Both the position numbers and the translations under genes were made by a program. The notes under the pieces were generated by a model. It did not search any database, was not told the DNA's origin, and was given only the letters and a program-made list of their open reading frames with translations. A DNA stretch of 14,510 bases from Candidatus Nanohaloarchaea archaeon (GTDB lineage: Archaea > Nanohalarchaeota > Nanosalinia > Nanosalinales > Nanosalinaceae): positions 1-14,510 of the forward strand of contig JBDGRE010000017.1 of NCBI GenBank assembly GCA_042218325.1. Direction: 5' to 3'. This document shows positions 7,660-14,508 of the stretch, one piece after another (the stretch's first letter is position 1; each line of letters begins with the position of its first letter).

Positions 7660-10156
7660 CGAGTATCATCTCCCTGTGGTCGTGCCTGTCGAGATCCGCG
7701 TGCTCCCCGACCGGGAAACCGTTCTCGCGGTACTCCTCCAGTTTTTCTAGCTGGCGGTCGACGAAGCCTATGAACCAGTCGATGTCGTCGCTGAAGACGG
7801 TCGTCTCCCTTTCCTCCATCACTCTTTCGAGGAAGCCTTGCATGTCACCGTCCACATCAAGCTGTTCCACCGGGTCCGTGTCTTGGAGCAGCTGCCGGGG
7901 CTCGATGCCCGCGTCCTCGAACCTTTCCACGAACTCCTCGATGTCGACCCCGTGTGCCTCAGCGGCCTCCCTAATATCGTCATCCTCCAGGATGTGTTCC
8001 GTGAAATCCCGGTCGACGTACCTTATCTCGACCTTCTCCGGCCCTGATTCCTCGATGCCCGCGGCCTCCTCGCCCACTCCGTCGAGCAGGTAGACGTAGG
8101 AGAACGTGAAGCCGCCGGGCAGCCGGTCGCGGAGCATGGCGATGTAGAACAGGTGCTGGAACTCTGGGTAGGTGTAGCTGTCGACCTGTTCTCCCGGCAG
8201 CAGCGACACCTTTACCAGATCCTCCGCGTCCTTGCTGCCTCCTGTCTTGAAGTCGACGACCTCGTTGTCCGAGGCGACGAAGTCTACCTGGCCCGAGACG
8301 CCTTTCTCCTCGTCCCGGATGTATATCTCCGTGTTGGTGGAGGCGAACTCGTGGCCGAGTTCCTCCGCGTATATGTTCCGGTCTATCCTTTCGCCGGCAT
8401 CGATGTCCTGTTCCTCTACCTCCACGTCTTCGAGGAACTTCTCGAGGTTGCGTATCCCTGTCTCCACTTCCTTCCTGCGCACGGCTTCACCGGCGGGGGT
8501 GGAGAACTCCTTGACCTTCTCCACCGCTATGTCGACGAGTTCGTCCCTTCTCTCCCTTGCGACTTCCGGGTTGTTTATGTAGAACTCGGCGTAGTCGTGG
8601 ATGACCGTTCCCTTGACGAAGTGGTCCTCCTGGGGCGAGTCCAGCAGCCTGTCCAGCATGTAGGACTTCGGGTCGCGGTAGAGCGTTTCTAGGTCCGACT
8701 TGCTGATGTACTCCTTTTCCTGCGGCTCCGCGTCCGTCTCCTCCTTCCGGAAGCTGTCGCCGCCACCGCCTTCTTTCCGGCCGTACCGGGTGTTTTCCGC
8801 GTCCGTGAACGCGTCGATATCCGTGAAGTCGCGGAAGTAGTGGCAGGGAACTACCTTCTCTCCCTCCTCGACGTCCTTCACCATGTAGTACTGTTTCTCG
8901 CCTGACTGGAGCAGGGACCGGAAGTCGCGGGAGGCCTCCCCATGCTTCTCCTCGCTGTCTATCCACGGCCTGTCGCCCGGCGACCTGTTCCAGCCGGTGT
9001 CCATGCCGAGGAAGAAGACTATGGGCCGGTCGACGCGTGAAACGTTCTTCGGCGACGCGAAAAGGACTCCCCCGCTACGCGACTCTATGCCGGTTTCGAA
9101 CGAGTCGAGGAAGAACTCCAGCGCCCCGAGGTTCTCCCTGTTCACCTCTTTCCCGGCGAGGCCTGTCTCGTCGAGGAACTCCTCTATGCCCGCAGTGTTC
9201 TCCAGCGACTTCCCCGAGTAGTCCTCGAGCGCCGAGAGGAAGGTCGAGCCCTCAACGCCGCTCACGAGTTCGCGGAGCTCCTCGATACCGGGGTGGCTGG
9301 CGCGGGAGATGTACTTCCTGTCGTGCCTCGGCCCCACATCGATCTCCAGCCGTTCCAGCAGGGAGCGGGCCTCCTCCACGCGGAAGTCGCCGGTGCCGAG
9401 CCCGAGCCTGAGGAACTTGACGTACGACCGCATGCCGTCCGATTCGCCCAGCGACCGGTCCTCGATGAAGGGTACGTCGCGGGACCTGAGCTCGGCCTGT
9501 AGCTGGGAGTTATAGCTGCTGTCCGCTGTAGTCACGACCGCGGCCTTTCCCGGGTCCACGCGCTCGAGGTTGTCGGCGACCGAGCCCACGAGCTGCCGGT
9601 CCGTGTCGAAGACCCGGAAGCCGTCCAGCTCCGCGGTGTCGCCAGTAAAGGACTCGACGGTGTCGTACTCTTCCGGGAACAGCTTTCGGTCCAGCTCGTC
9701 GAACTGGTACAGGTTGATGACCGCCACTGACTCCTCTTTCAACCCGGTGTTCTCGAGCCGGGAGTAGATGCTGTCCTCTTGCTTGACGACTTCGAGTATG
9801 GCGTCTACCATCTCCCGGTCGTAGCCGGGCTTCCCCTTGAGGCGGTCTCTCTCGCCGGTTTCCCTCCAGGCCTCGATGAGGGAGTCGAGATGGTAGGCCA
9901 CCCGTTTCCAGCTCGCGCCCGACTCCCGGGCCGCCTCGAAGAACAGCTGTTTCTTGAGCAGTATATCTTCGTTCTGGCCCCTGTCGAGGACGTAGTGCAT
10001 CGGCGTGGAGGCGAACCTGCCTATCCTCGGCTCCTCCACCCGTGCGTTCAGTGCGTCGGCAAGCGGTGCCTCCGCGGTCAGCACGAGGTCGTAGTCCTTT
10101 ACCTGTTCGAACAGCCGGTCGATGGATTTCGCTTCTTCTACTTCCACGTTATCCAT
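7652..10156 (-). CDS. AddB-like protein: degenerate helicase-like N-terminus plus PD-(D/E)xK nuclease domain
   Basis: 834 aa, 8-bp overlap (ATGGCTGA) with the AddA-like gene; C-terminal third has ISKSDL..., KGTVIH, TE, SGQVDFV...VVDFKTG and FQHLFY (QxxxY); no Walker A; RPIVFFLGM resembles the degenerate helicase motif V region of AddB. Confidence 0.85.
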   Translation of the reverse strand: MDNVEVEEAKSIDRLFEQVKDYDLVLTAEAPLADALNARVEEPRIGRFASTPMHYVLDRGQNEDILLKKQLFFEAARESGASWKRVAYHLDSLIEAWRETGERDRLKGKPGYDREMVDAILEVVKQEDSIYSRLENTGLKEESVAVINLYQFDELDRKLFPEEYDTVESFTGDTAELDGFRVFDTDRQLVGSVADNLERVDPGKAAVVTTADSSYNSQLQAELRSRDVPFIEDRSLGESDGMRSYVKFLRLGLGTGDFRVEEARSLLERLEIDVGPRHDRKYISRASHPGIEELRELVSGVEGSTFLSALEDYSGKSLENTAGIEEFLDETGLAGKEVNRENLGALEFFLDSFETGIESRSGGVLFASPKNVSRVDRPIVFFLGMDTGWNRSPGDRPWIDSEEKHGEASRDFRSLLQSGEKQYYMVKDVEEGEKVVPCHYFRDFTDIDAFTDAENTRYGRKEGGGGDSFRKEETDAEPQEKEYISKSDLETLYRDPKSYMLDRLLDSPQEDHFVKGTVIHDYAEFYINNPEVARERRDELVDIAVEKVKEFSTPAGEAVRRKEVETGIRNLEKFLEDVEVEEQDIDAGERIDRNIYAEELGHEFASTNTEIYIRDEEKGVSGQVDFVASDNEVVDFKTGGSKDAEDLVKVSLLPGEQVDSYTYPEFQHLFYIAMLRDRLPGGFTFSYVYLLDGVGEEAAGIEESGPEKVEIRYVDRDFTEHILEDDDIREAAEAHGVDIEEFVERFEDAGIEPRQLLQDTDPVEQLDVDGDMQGFLERVMEERETTVFSDDIDWFIGFVDRQLEKLEEYRENGFPVGEHADLDRHDHREMILDG

Positions 10157-10170
10157 GTCCCGGGTCGTGG

Positions 10171-10178
10171 TAATAAAA
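10171..10178 (-). promoter_or_regulatory. Possible TATA box for the addB/addA-like operon (or T-rich terminator of the upstream ORF)
   Basis: TTTTATTA on the minus strand in a GC-rich context, 15-22 nt before ATG 10156 (24-31 nt before an alternative in-frame GTG at 10147). Confidence 0.3.
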
Positions 10179-10191
10179 CTGTAGCGGGTAG

Positions 10192-10554
10192 TTATCCGCG
10201 GAATCCGATTCCCTGCATGAAACTGTCCTCGTCGCCCTGTTCCAGGTACTCGAGGCTCCAGTTCTTAACCAGTTTTCTAGCCACATTCACTTCGTCCTCT
10301 GTGCTGCCGTAATCCTCCCAGCGGCCGTCTATGGTAGTTGCCAGCCAGTCCGGTACTGTCATCTCGGTATCGTCAAGGTCGCGCATACACTGCAACCGGA
10401 ACTCCCTGCTCACGTCCGCCTCTTTCAACCGGTGATCGATGAAACTTAGCTGGGTTCCAGATAAGTCATTGGTGGCTGCCGGGACTTGCGGAATCTCCTC
10501 TATCAATCTCTTTCTTATTTGCCGGTATTCTCCCTTAAAGGAATAATTGGACAT
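10192..10554 (-). CDS. Hypothetical protein (120 aa)
   Basis: ATG start, acidic composition, fills the gap between SDR and addB-like genes, TATA-like element at leaderless spacing; no recognisable motif. Confidence 0.7.
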   Translation of the reverse strand: MSNYSFKGEYRQIRKRLIEEIPQVPAATNDLSGTQLSFIDHRLKEADVSREFRLQCMRDLDDTEMTVPDWLATTIDGRWEDYGSTEDEVNVARKLVKNWSLEYLEQGDEDSFMQGIGFRG

Positions 10555-10575
10555 GTAGTAATTTTAATCGGGGAA

Positions 10576-10583
10576 AAATTAAA
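10576..10583 (-). promoter_or_regulatory. Archaeal TATA-like box
   Basis: TTTAATTT on the minus strand 22-29 nt upstream of ATG 10554, the spacing expected for a leaderless transcript. Confidence 0.45.
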
Positions 10584-10652
10584 CGCTACCGAAGCATCCT
10601 GTCCGACCCGCTTGCCCGCACAAATCGCTTCTTAATAGCACGTTCAGGCCCT

Positions 10653-11384
10653 TCATAAATCACAGAGCTTATCCCTCCGGTAGATATCTATCTCGTTGAG
10701 GGTGTTGGGCGACTCGGTGTCTGCGGCGGTGACGATGGCGCGGGCGACGTCCTCGGGCTCGGTGACTTCTCCCTCCTGGAATCGGTCGCGGAAGGGGTCG
10801 CCGTCCTGGCCGGCGAAGCCGGTGCGGACCTCGGAAGGTTTGATTACCGTTACCGCGACGTTTTCGTCGCCTATCTGCGCGGAGAGCGAGAGGGCGAAGC
10901 CGCGGGTCCACCACTTCGTCGCCGCATAAACCGGATTCGCTGCTCTCGGGTACTGGCCGGCGATGCTGCCGAGGAAGATGAGGTTGCCCTCGCTCTGCTT
11001 GAGATGGGGTAAGGCGGCGCGGGCGGTGTAGAACATGCCGTCGCAGTTGACGCCCATCGTGGTTTGGTAGTCGCCGTCATCAATCTCCTCCACGTCGCCG
11101 CCGAGGCCCACACCCGCGTTGCTGACCACGATGTCGAGGCCGCCGAGCTTGCTAGCCGCGGTCTCGACCACCTCCTCGACCTGGTCCCTCTCCGTCACGT
11201 CGGTCGGTATGACAGCCGCGTCCTGGTTATACTTTTCATGTATGGTGGAGGCTATCTCCTCGAGCTGGTCCTGGCTCCGGGAGGCGAGAGCCACGTCGGC
11301 GCCCTGCTCCGCCAGCTTGTACGCGGTTTCGCGTCCGATTCCGGATGATGCGCCAGTGATGAGTGCGTTGCGGCCTTCTATCAT
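10653..11384 (-). CDS. Short-chain dehydrogenase/reductase (SDR) family oxidoreductase
   Basis: TGASSGIG cofactor-binding motif, VVSNAG, catalytic S (GSIAG) and YAATK (YxxxK); ASR after beta-2 suggests NADP(H) preference. Confidence 0.96.
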   Translation of the reverse strand: MIEGRNALITGASSGIGRETAYKLAEQGADVALASRSQDQLEEIASTIHEKYNQDAAVIPTDVTERDQVEEVVETAASKLGGLDIVVSNAGVGLGGDVEEIDDGDYQTTMGVNCDGMFYTARAALPHLKQSEGNLIFLGSIAGQYPRAANPVYAATKWWTRGFALSLSAQIGDENVAVTVIKPSEVRTGFAGQDGDPFRDRFQEGEVTEPEDVARAIVTAADTESPNTLNEIDIYRRDKLCDL

Positions 11385-11428
11385 GGTTACACCTGGTCAT
11401 TTGACAGAAGATACCAAAAGTGCGCGGG

Positions 11429-11457
11429 GTGGAGAGAAGAAGAAGGAGAGGAGAGGA
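11429..11457 (-). terminator. Pyrimidine-rich tract, possible archaeal terminator
   Basis: Minus strand reads TCCTCTCCTCTCCTTCTTCTTCTCTCCAC immediately after the TGA (11460-11458) of the frameshift-corrected gene. Confidence 0.3.
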
Positions 11458-11912
11458 TCAGGCCGTTGCCGGCCTTCCGGGTGCCTCCATCTCGACGGGT
11501 TCCTCTGGTTCGACCATCTCCGAGGTGAGCGCGATGCGGACGAGCGCACCCGCCACCGCGTCGCTGTCGATGGTGTGGTGCTCGTGCACGTCCGTTTCAG
11601 CTCGTCGAAATTGGCGGAGTCGAACTTGCTGGAGAGCTGGTCCAGCACCGCGCGGAGCTCCTTGCTGTCGCCGTCCCAGAACTGCTCGATGATGGGGTCG
11701 TTCTGGATGCTGTACCAGGCGTAGCTCTCCGGGTCCGTGAACCGGTTTACCTCCAGGATGCGGTGGGACGGGAAGAACTGCTCCCTGCCCTCGGACGAGA
11801 GCGTGAGGCCGGTGCCGGACTCCCAGCTTGCTTCAGCGTTTTCGAGGTGCGGCATATAGGTGGTCTTCGAGCCGTCCGTCTCGAGATACGATGCTATCAG
11901 CTTGTCGTCCAC
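11458..11912 (-). pseudogene. Hypothetical protein gene with apparent 1-bp deletion (about 151 aa if repaired); pseudogene or sequence error
   Basis: GTG start preceded by SD GAGGTGA; acidic up to ...NFDELK, then Arg/Ser-rich atypical tail. Shifting frame at CTGAAACGG (11600-11592) gives TDVHEHHTIDSDAVAGALVRIALTSEMVEPEEPVEMEAPGRPATA-stop at 11458. Span is 455 bp, one base short of 152 codons. Confidence 0.7.
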
Positions 11913-12002
11913 GAGACATCACCTCGTTGGATTTTTACCCCTGAACCGAATGAAAAATTTTGCGGCTTTCGGTCGCGGAACTTCCGGAGTTCTGCGTGGA
12001 GC

Positions 12003-12010
12003 TTGATAAA
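12003..12010 (+). promoter_or_regulatory. Possible TATA-like box for the PD-(D/E)xK nuclease gene
   Basis: TTGATAAA 23-30 nt upstream of ATG 12033. Confidence 0.35.
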
Positions 12011-12032
12011 TGAGGGAGGAGAAGCCGTGGGT

Positions 12033-12704
12033 ATGACATACAAGCTGTCGCCGTCTCGTATCAACCTGTTCTTCGAGTGCGAGAGATGCTTCTGGCTGAG
12101 GGTTAACGAGGGTGTGAAGAGGCCGAGCGGCCCGTTTCCCTCGCTGCCTGGAGGCATGGACCAGGAGATAAAGAACCACTTCGACCGGTACCGGGCGAAA
12201 GGCGAGGTCCCGCCCGAGCTGGAGGAGGCCGACATAGATGCCGAACCTCTATCGGACCAGGAGTTCCTGGAGAACGCGAGGAGCTGGAGGACCGAGCCGA
12301 AGTGGCGAGACCCCGAGACGGGTGCGCTGCTGCGTGGCGGCGTCGACGACCTTCTCAGGGACGAGGATGGAAGCATCATCGTGATGGACTACAAGACCCG
12401 TGGCTATCCGCCTAAGGAGGAGAACGGTGCACCCGACTACTACGAGCGGCAGGTCAACCTGTACAACCTCATCCTCCGGGAGAACGGTTACGGGACCCGG
12501 GACTTCGGGCTGATACTGTACTACTACCCCGACCGGGTCGTGGAGAACGGCGACTTCGTGTTCCACCGCGAGCTGAGAAAGGTGCCGGTCGATATCGAGA
12601 AGGCGAGGAGGACCGTCAGGAACGCGGTCGATGTCCTCGAGGGACCGATGCCGGAGCACAGCGAGGACTGCGACTTCTGCGAGTGGAGCGCCGCCGAGCA
12701 CTAG
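12033..12704 (+). CDS. Stand-alone PD-(D/E)xK nuclease (PDDEXK_1 / Cas4-AddB-like), 223 aa
   Basis: KLSPSRINLFFECERCFW N-terminus, LRGGVDDLL...IVMDYKTRG catalytic motifs, QVNLY (QxxxY), C-terminal CDFC. Start set at ATG 12033 because the 11763 extension overlaps the divergent gene. Confidence 0.9.
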   Translation: MTYKLSPSRINLFFECERCFWLRVNEGVKRPSGPFPSLPGGMDQEIKNHFDRYRAKGEVPPELEEADIDAEPLSDQEFLENARSWRTEPKWRDPETGALLRGGVDDLLRDEDGSIIVMDYKTRGYPPKEENGAPDYYERQVNLYNLILRENGYGTRDFGLILYYYPDRVVENGDFVFHRELRKVPVDIEKARRTVRNAVDVLEGPMPEHSEDCDFCEWSAAEH

Positions 12705-12755
12705 CGCACCGCGGTATCGCACCAGTAAAAAAGATTTGCCTCGAATCTTCATCGG

Positions 12756-13478
12756 ATGTCATCGAAGGCGAGAGGAACCCAGCCGGAAATAGAAAGCCAT
12801 CGCCCCATCAGGGAAAAAATCCTTTTCCGGGACTGGATATCAGAGATTCTGGCGGAGTTCGAAAGGAAAGACCAGCTAAACGATGTCGAAAAACTGGTGG
12901 ACAGGATAGATGGGAAGCAGAAGCAGAACCACACTTATTTCAGGGCCAGCAGGGATGTCGAGAGAAGATTTCTCCAGAGCCTCGCCAACAAAGGAGTCGT
13001 GAAGAACTGGGAAGACCGGCTTTACCGTCTGGAAGACGGTTTCGAGACGGTAAAGGAGAGAGTGGAGCAGCACAGCTCGAGGGGCAACGACGCGAGGGAG
13101 CTAATCGCCGAGATGAAGGTGGAGGATCGCTACTCGGACTCTCCCGTCACCGCGAGAGATGCACGGGAGTCTGACCTCATGTCGACCGAGAACCCGTACC
13201 TCGACAGGTTCGAGAGGTGGAGCTGGGCCCAGTGGAGGGCCGGGATAGACGGCCACCAGAAGCTCGAGGCGGACGTCATGCTGGAGAGGCTTAAAGACGA
13301 GATCCACAGGTACAACAGCGACAAGGACGACATCGACGACTACGATATACCTGCCGGCCCCGAGCTGGACGATGAAACCGACGCGCCGTGCGAGAGAAGC
13401 TTCAGGAACCACGACGAGTTCGAGGGCTACGACGACGCTCTCCGCCAGATAGGTTTCTACAGGCTCAAGAACTGGTAG
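12756..13478 (+). CDS. Hypothetical protein (240 aa), possible winged-helix segment
   Basis: Long ORF with halophile-type acidic composition, co-oriented with the nuclease gene; RRFLQSLANKGVVKNWEDRLYRL loosely resembles a wHTH recognition helix plus wing. Confidence 0.75.
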   Translation: MSSKARGTQPEIESHRPIREKILFRDWISEILAEFERKDQLNDVEKLVDRIDGKQKQNHTYFRASRDVERRFLQSLANKGVVKNWEDRLYRLEDGFETVKERVEQHSSRGNDARELIAEMKVEDRYSDSPVTARDARESDLMSTENPYLDRFERWSWAQWRAGIDGHQKLEADVMLERLKDEIHRYNSDKDDIDDYDIPAGPELDDETDAPCERSFRNHDEFEGYDDALRQIGFYRLKNW

Positions 13479-13483
13479 AACTT

Positions 13484-13765
13484 CTAGGGTGCGAAAGACT
13501 CGTTCTCCACTCCAATGCCTGCGAGGAACAGGTGGGCTGCTATCTGGTGGCTGCAGGTTTCGCCCTGAAACGGGCAGGGGCAGAATGTCTCGCCAGTGTC
13601 GATATCGACGCCGACCTCGTACTCCTCCGTGTCGCCCTCTACAGCGAACTGGTACCGGTCCTTCGACTCCATCGATACTTGGATGCGTTCCTCGTCGATT
13701 ATCTTCCGGGCCTTGCCCCACTTGTGGAGGTTCTCGCGCTGCTCCCTGGAAATCTCGTCGCTCAC
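13484..13765 (-). CDS. Stand-alone SWIM zinc-finger protein (about 93 aa)
   Basis: FAVEGDTEEYEVGVD...TFCPCPFQGETCSHQIAA = SWIM CxC-x(n)-CxH with the usual preceding beta strands; probable GTG start at 13765 (MSDEISRE...). Confidence 0.88.
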   Translation of the reverse strand: MSDEISREQRENLHKWGKARKIIDEERIQVSMESKDRYQFAVEGDTEEYEVGVDIDTGETFCPCPFQGETCSHQIAAHLFLAGIGVENESFAP

Positions 13766-13857
13766 GCCGCAACTTTGCCGGGCAAGCCTTTTAGCTGTAG
13801 TGGCGGAAACGGCAGTGGGGAAAACATGTAACATCCTTACTACCCCGTCCAGACAAC

Positions 13858-14313
13858 ATGGAGCACAGCGGAGGGGTCGGAGAACTCGAGGAGGCCGGTA
13901 ACTTTCTCTATCTCGTCCTGGGCCCGCTGTCCTACAGTTTCAAGAAAGATGTCGACCGGTACACGAGGCACGTAAGAGGTAGAAACGGCGTCAAAGTGGG
14001 CAAGGAAGAGGTAGAGCAGGAGCTTGAAAGGATAGAAGACCCGGTGGATACAGCCAACGACCACCTGCGACAGGCGGCAGATTTAAACGGGCGCATCCGG
14101 GAGACAGAGCCAGCATTCGTCGCTGGTGAGGAAGAAGTGATGACAGTAGAACAGTACGATGAAGACGCCTCCGGCATGTTCCAGCAGTACCGGGACGTCT
14201 ACCACAAGCTGGAAGAGGCCGGACTGGACCTCCACTCAAGAGGAGATGTAGATCCTTCAGGGATCCTGGAAGACCTGAACGAGATATCCCCAGGCGACAG
14301 AGAAGCTCTTTGA
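13858..14313 (+). CDS. Hypothetical protein (151 aa)
   Basis: ATG start, highly acidic helical-looking sequence, divergent from the SWIM gene; no motif recognised. Confidence 0.7.
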   Translation: MEHSGGVGELEEAGNFLYLVLGPLSYSFKKDVDRYTRHVRGRNGVKVGKEEVEQELERIEDPVDTANDHLRQAADLNGRIRETEPAFVAGEEEVMTVEQYDEDASGMFQQYRDVYHKLEEAGLDLHSRGDVDPSGILEDLNEISPGDREAL

Positions 14314-14347
14314 CCTACATGGTCTACGCTGTTTAGGAACCTCGCTC

Positions 14348-14508
14348 TGGTCCACCCGGTTTCAAATCGAAGGTTTGATGGCGGGAGACCAACAGAAGTT
14401 GGTCCACCCGGAATCGAAGTCAACATGTCTCCCTAGTTTAAGTCGCCGAGGCACCCGCTGGAGCCTTAAGCGCATGATCAAACTCTGCGAGGAGTTTGGT
14501 CCACCCGG
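14348..14508. repeat. Three exact 12-bp direct repeats TGGTCCACCCGG (14348-14359, 14400-14411, 14497-14508); putative tRNA-3'-end att scars
   Basis: Read directly from the sequence; reverse complements are ...GAAACCGGGTGGACCA, ...TTCGATTCCGGGTGGACCA and TCCCGGGTGGACCA. Confidence 0.85.

Noticed and set aside
10653-11384. SDR as part of the defence system
   Set aside because: Ordinary classical SDR with no fusion or translational coupling to neighbours; nothing in the sequence links it to the nucleases.
11763-12032. 90-aa N-terminal extension of the PD-(D/E)xK nuclease
   Set aside because: Overlaps the divergent gene and promoter region; the family motif begins at MTYKLSPS (12033).
13101-13831. 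Alternative ORFs 13101..13772 (-) and 13388..13831 (+)
   Set aside because: They overlap the better supported SWIM and 240-aa genes and lack recognisable features.
14348-14508. Mini CRISPR array next to a Cas4-like gene
   Set aside because: Repeats are only 12 bp, gaps are unequal (40 and 85 bp), there is no cas1/cas2, and a tRNA 3' end explains the repeat better.
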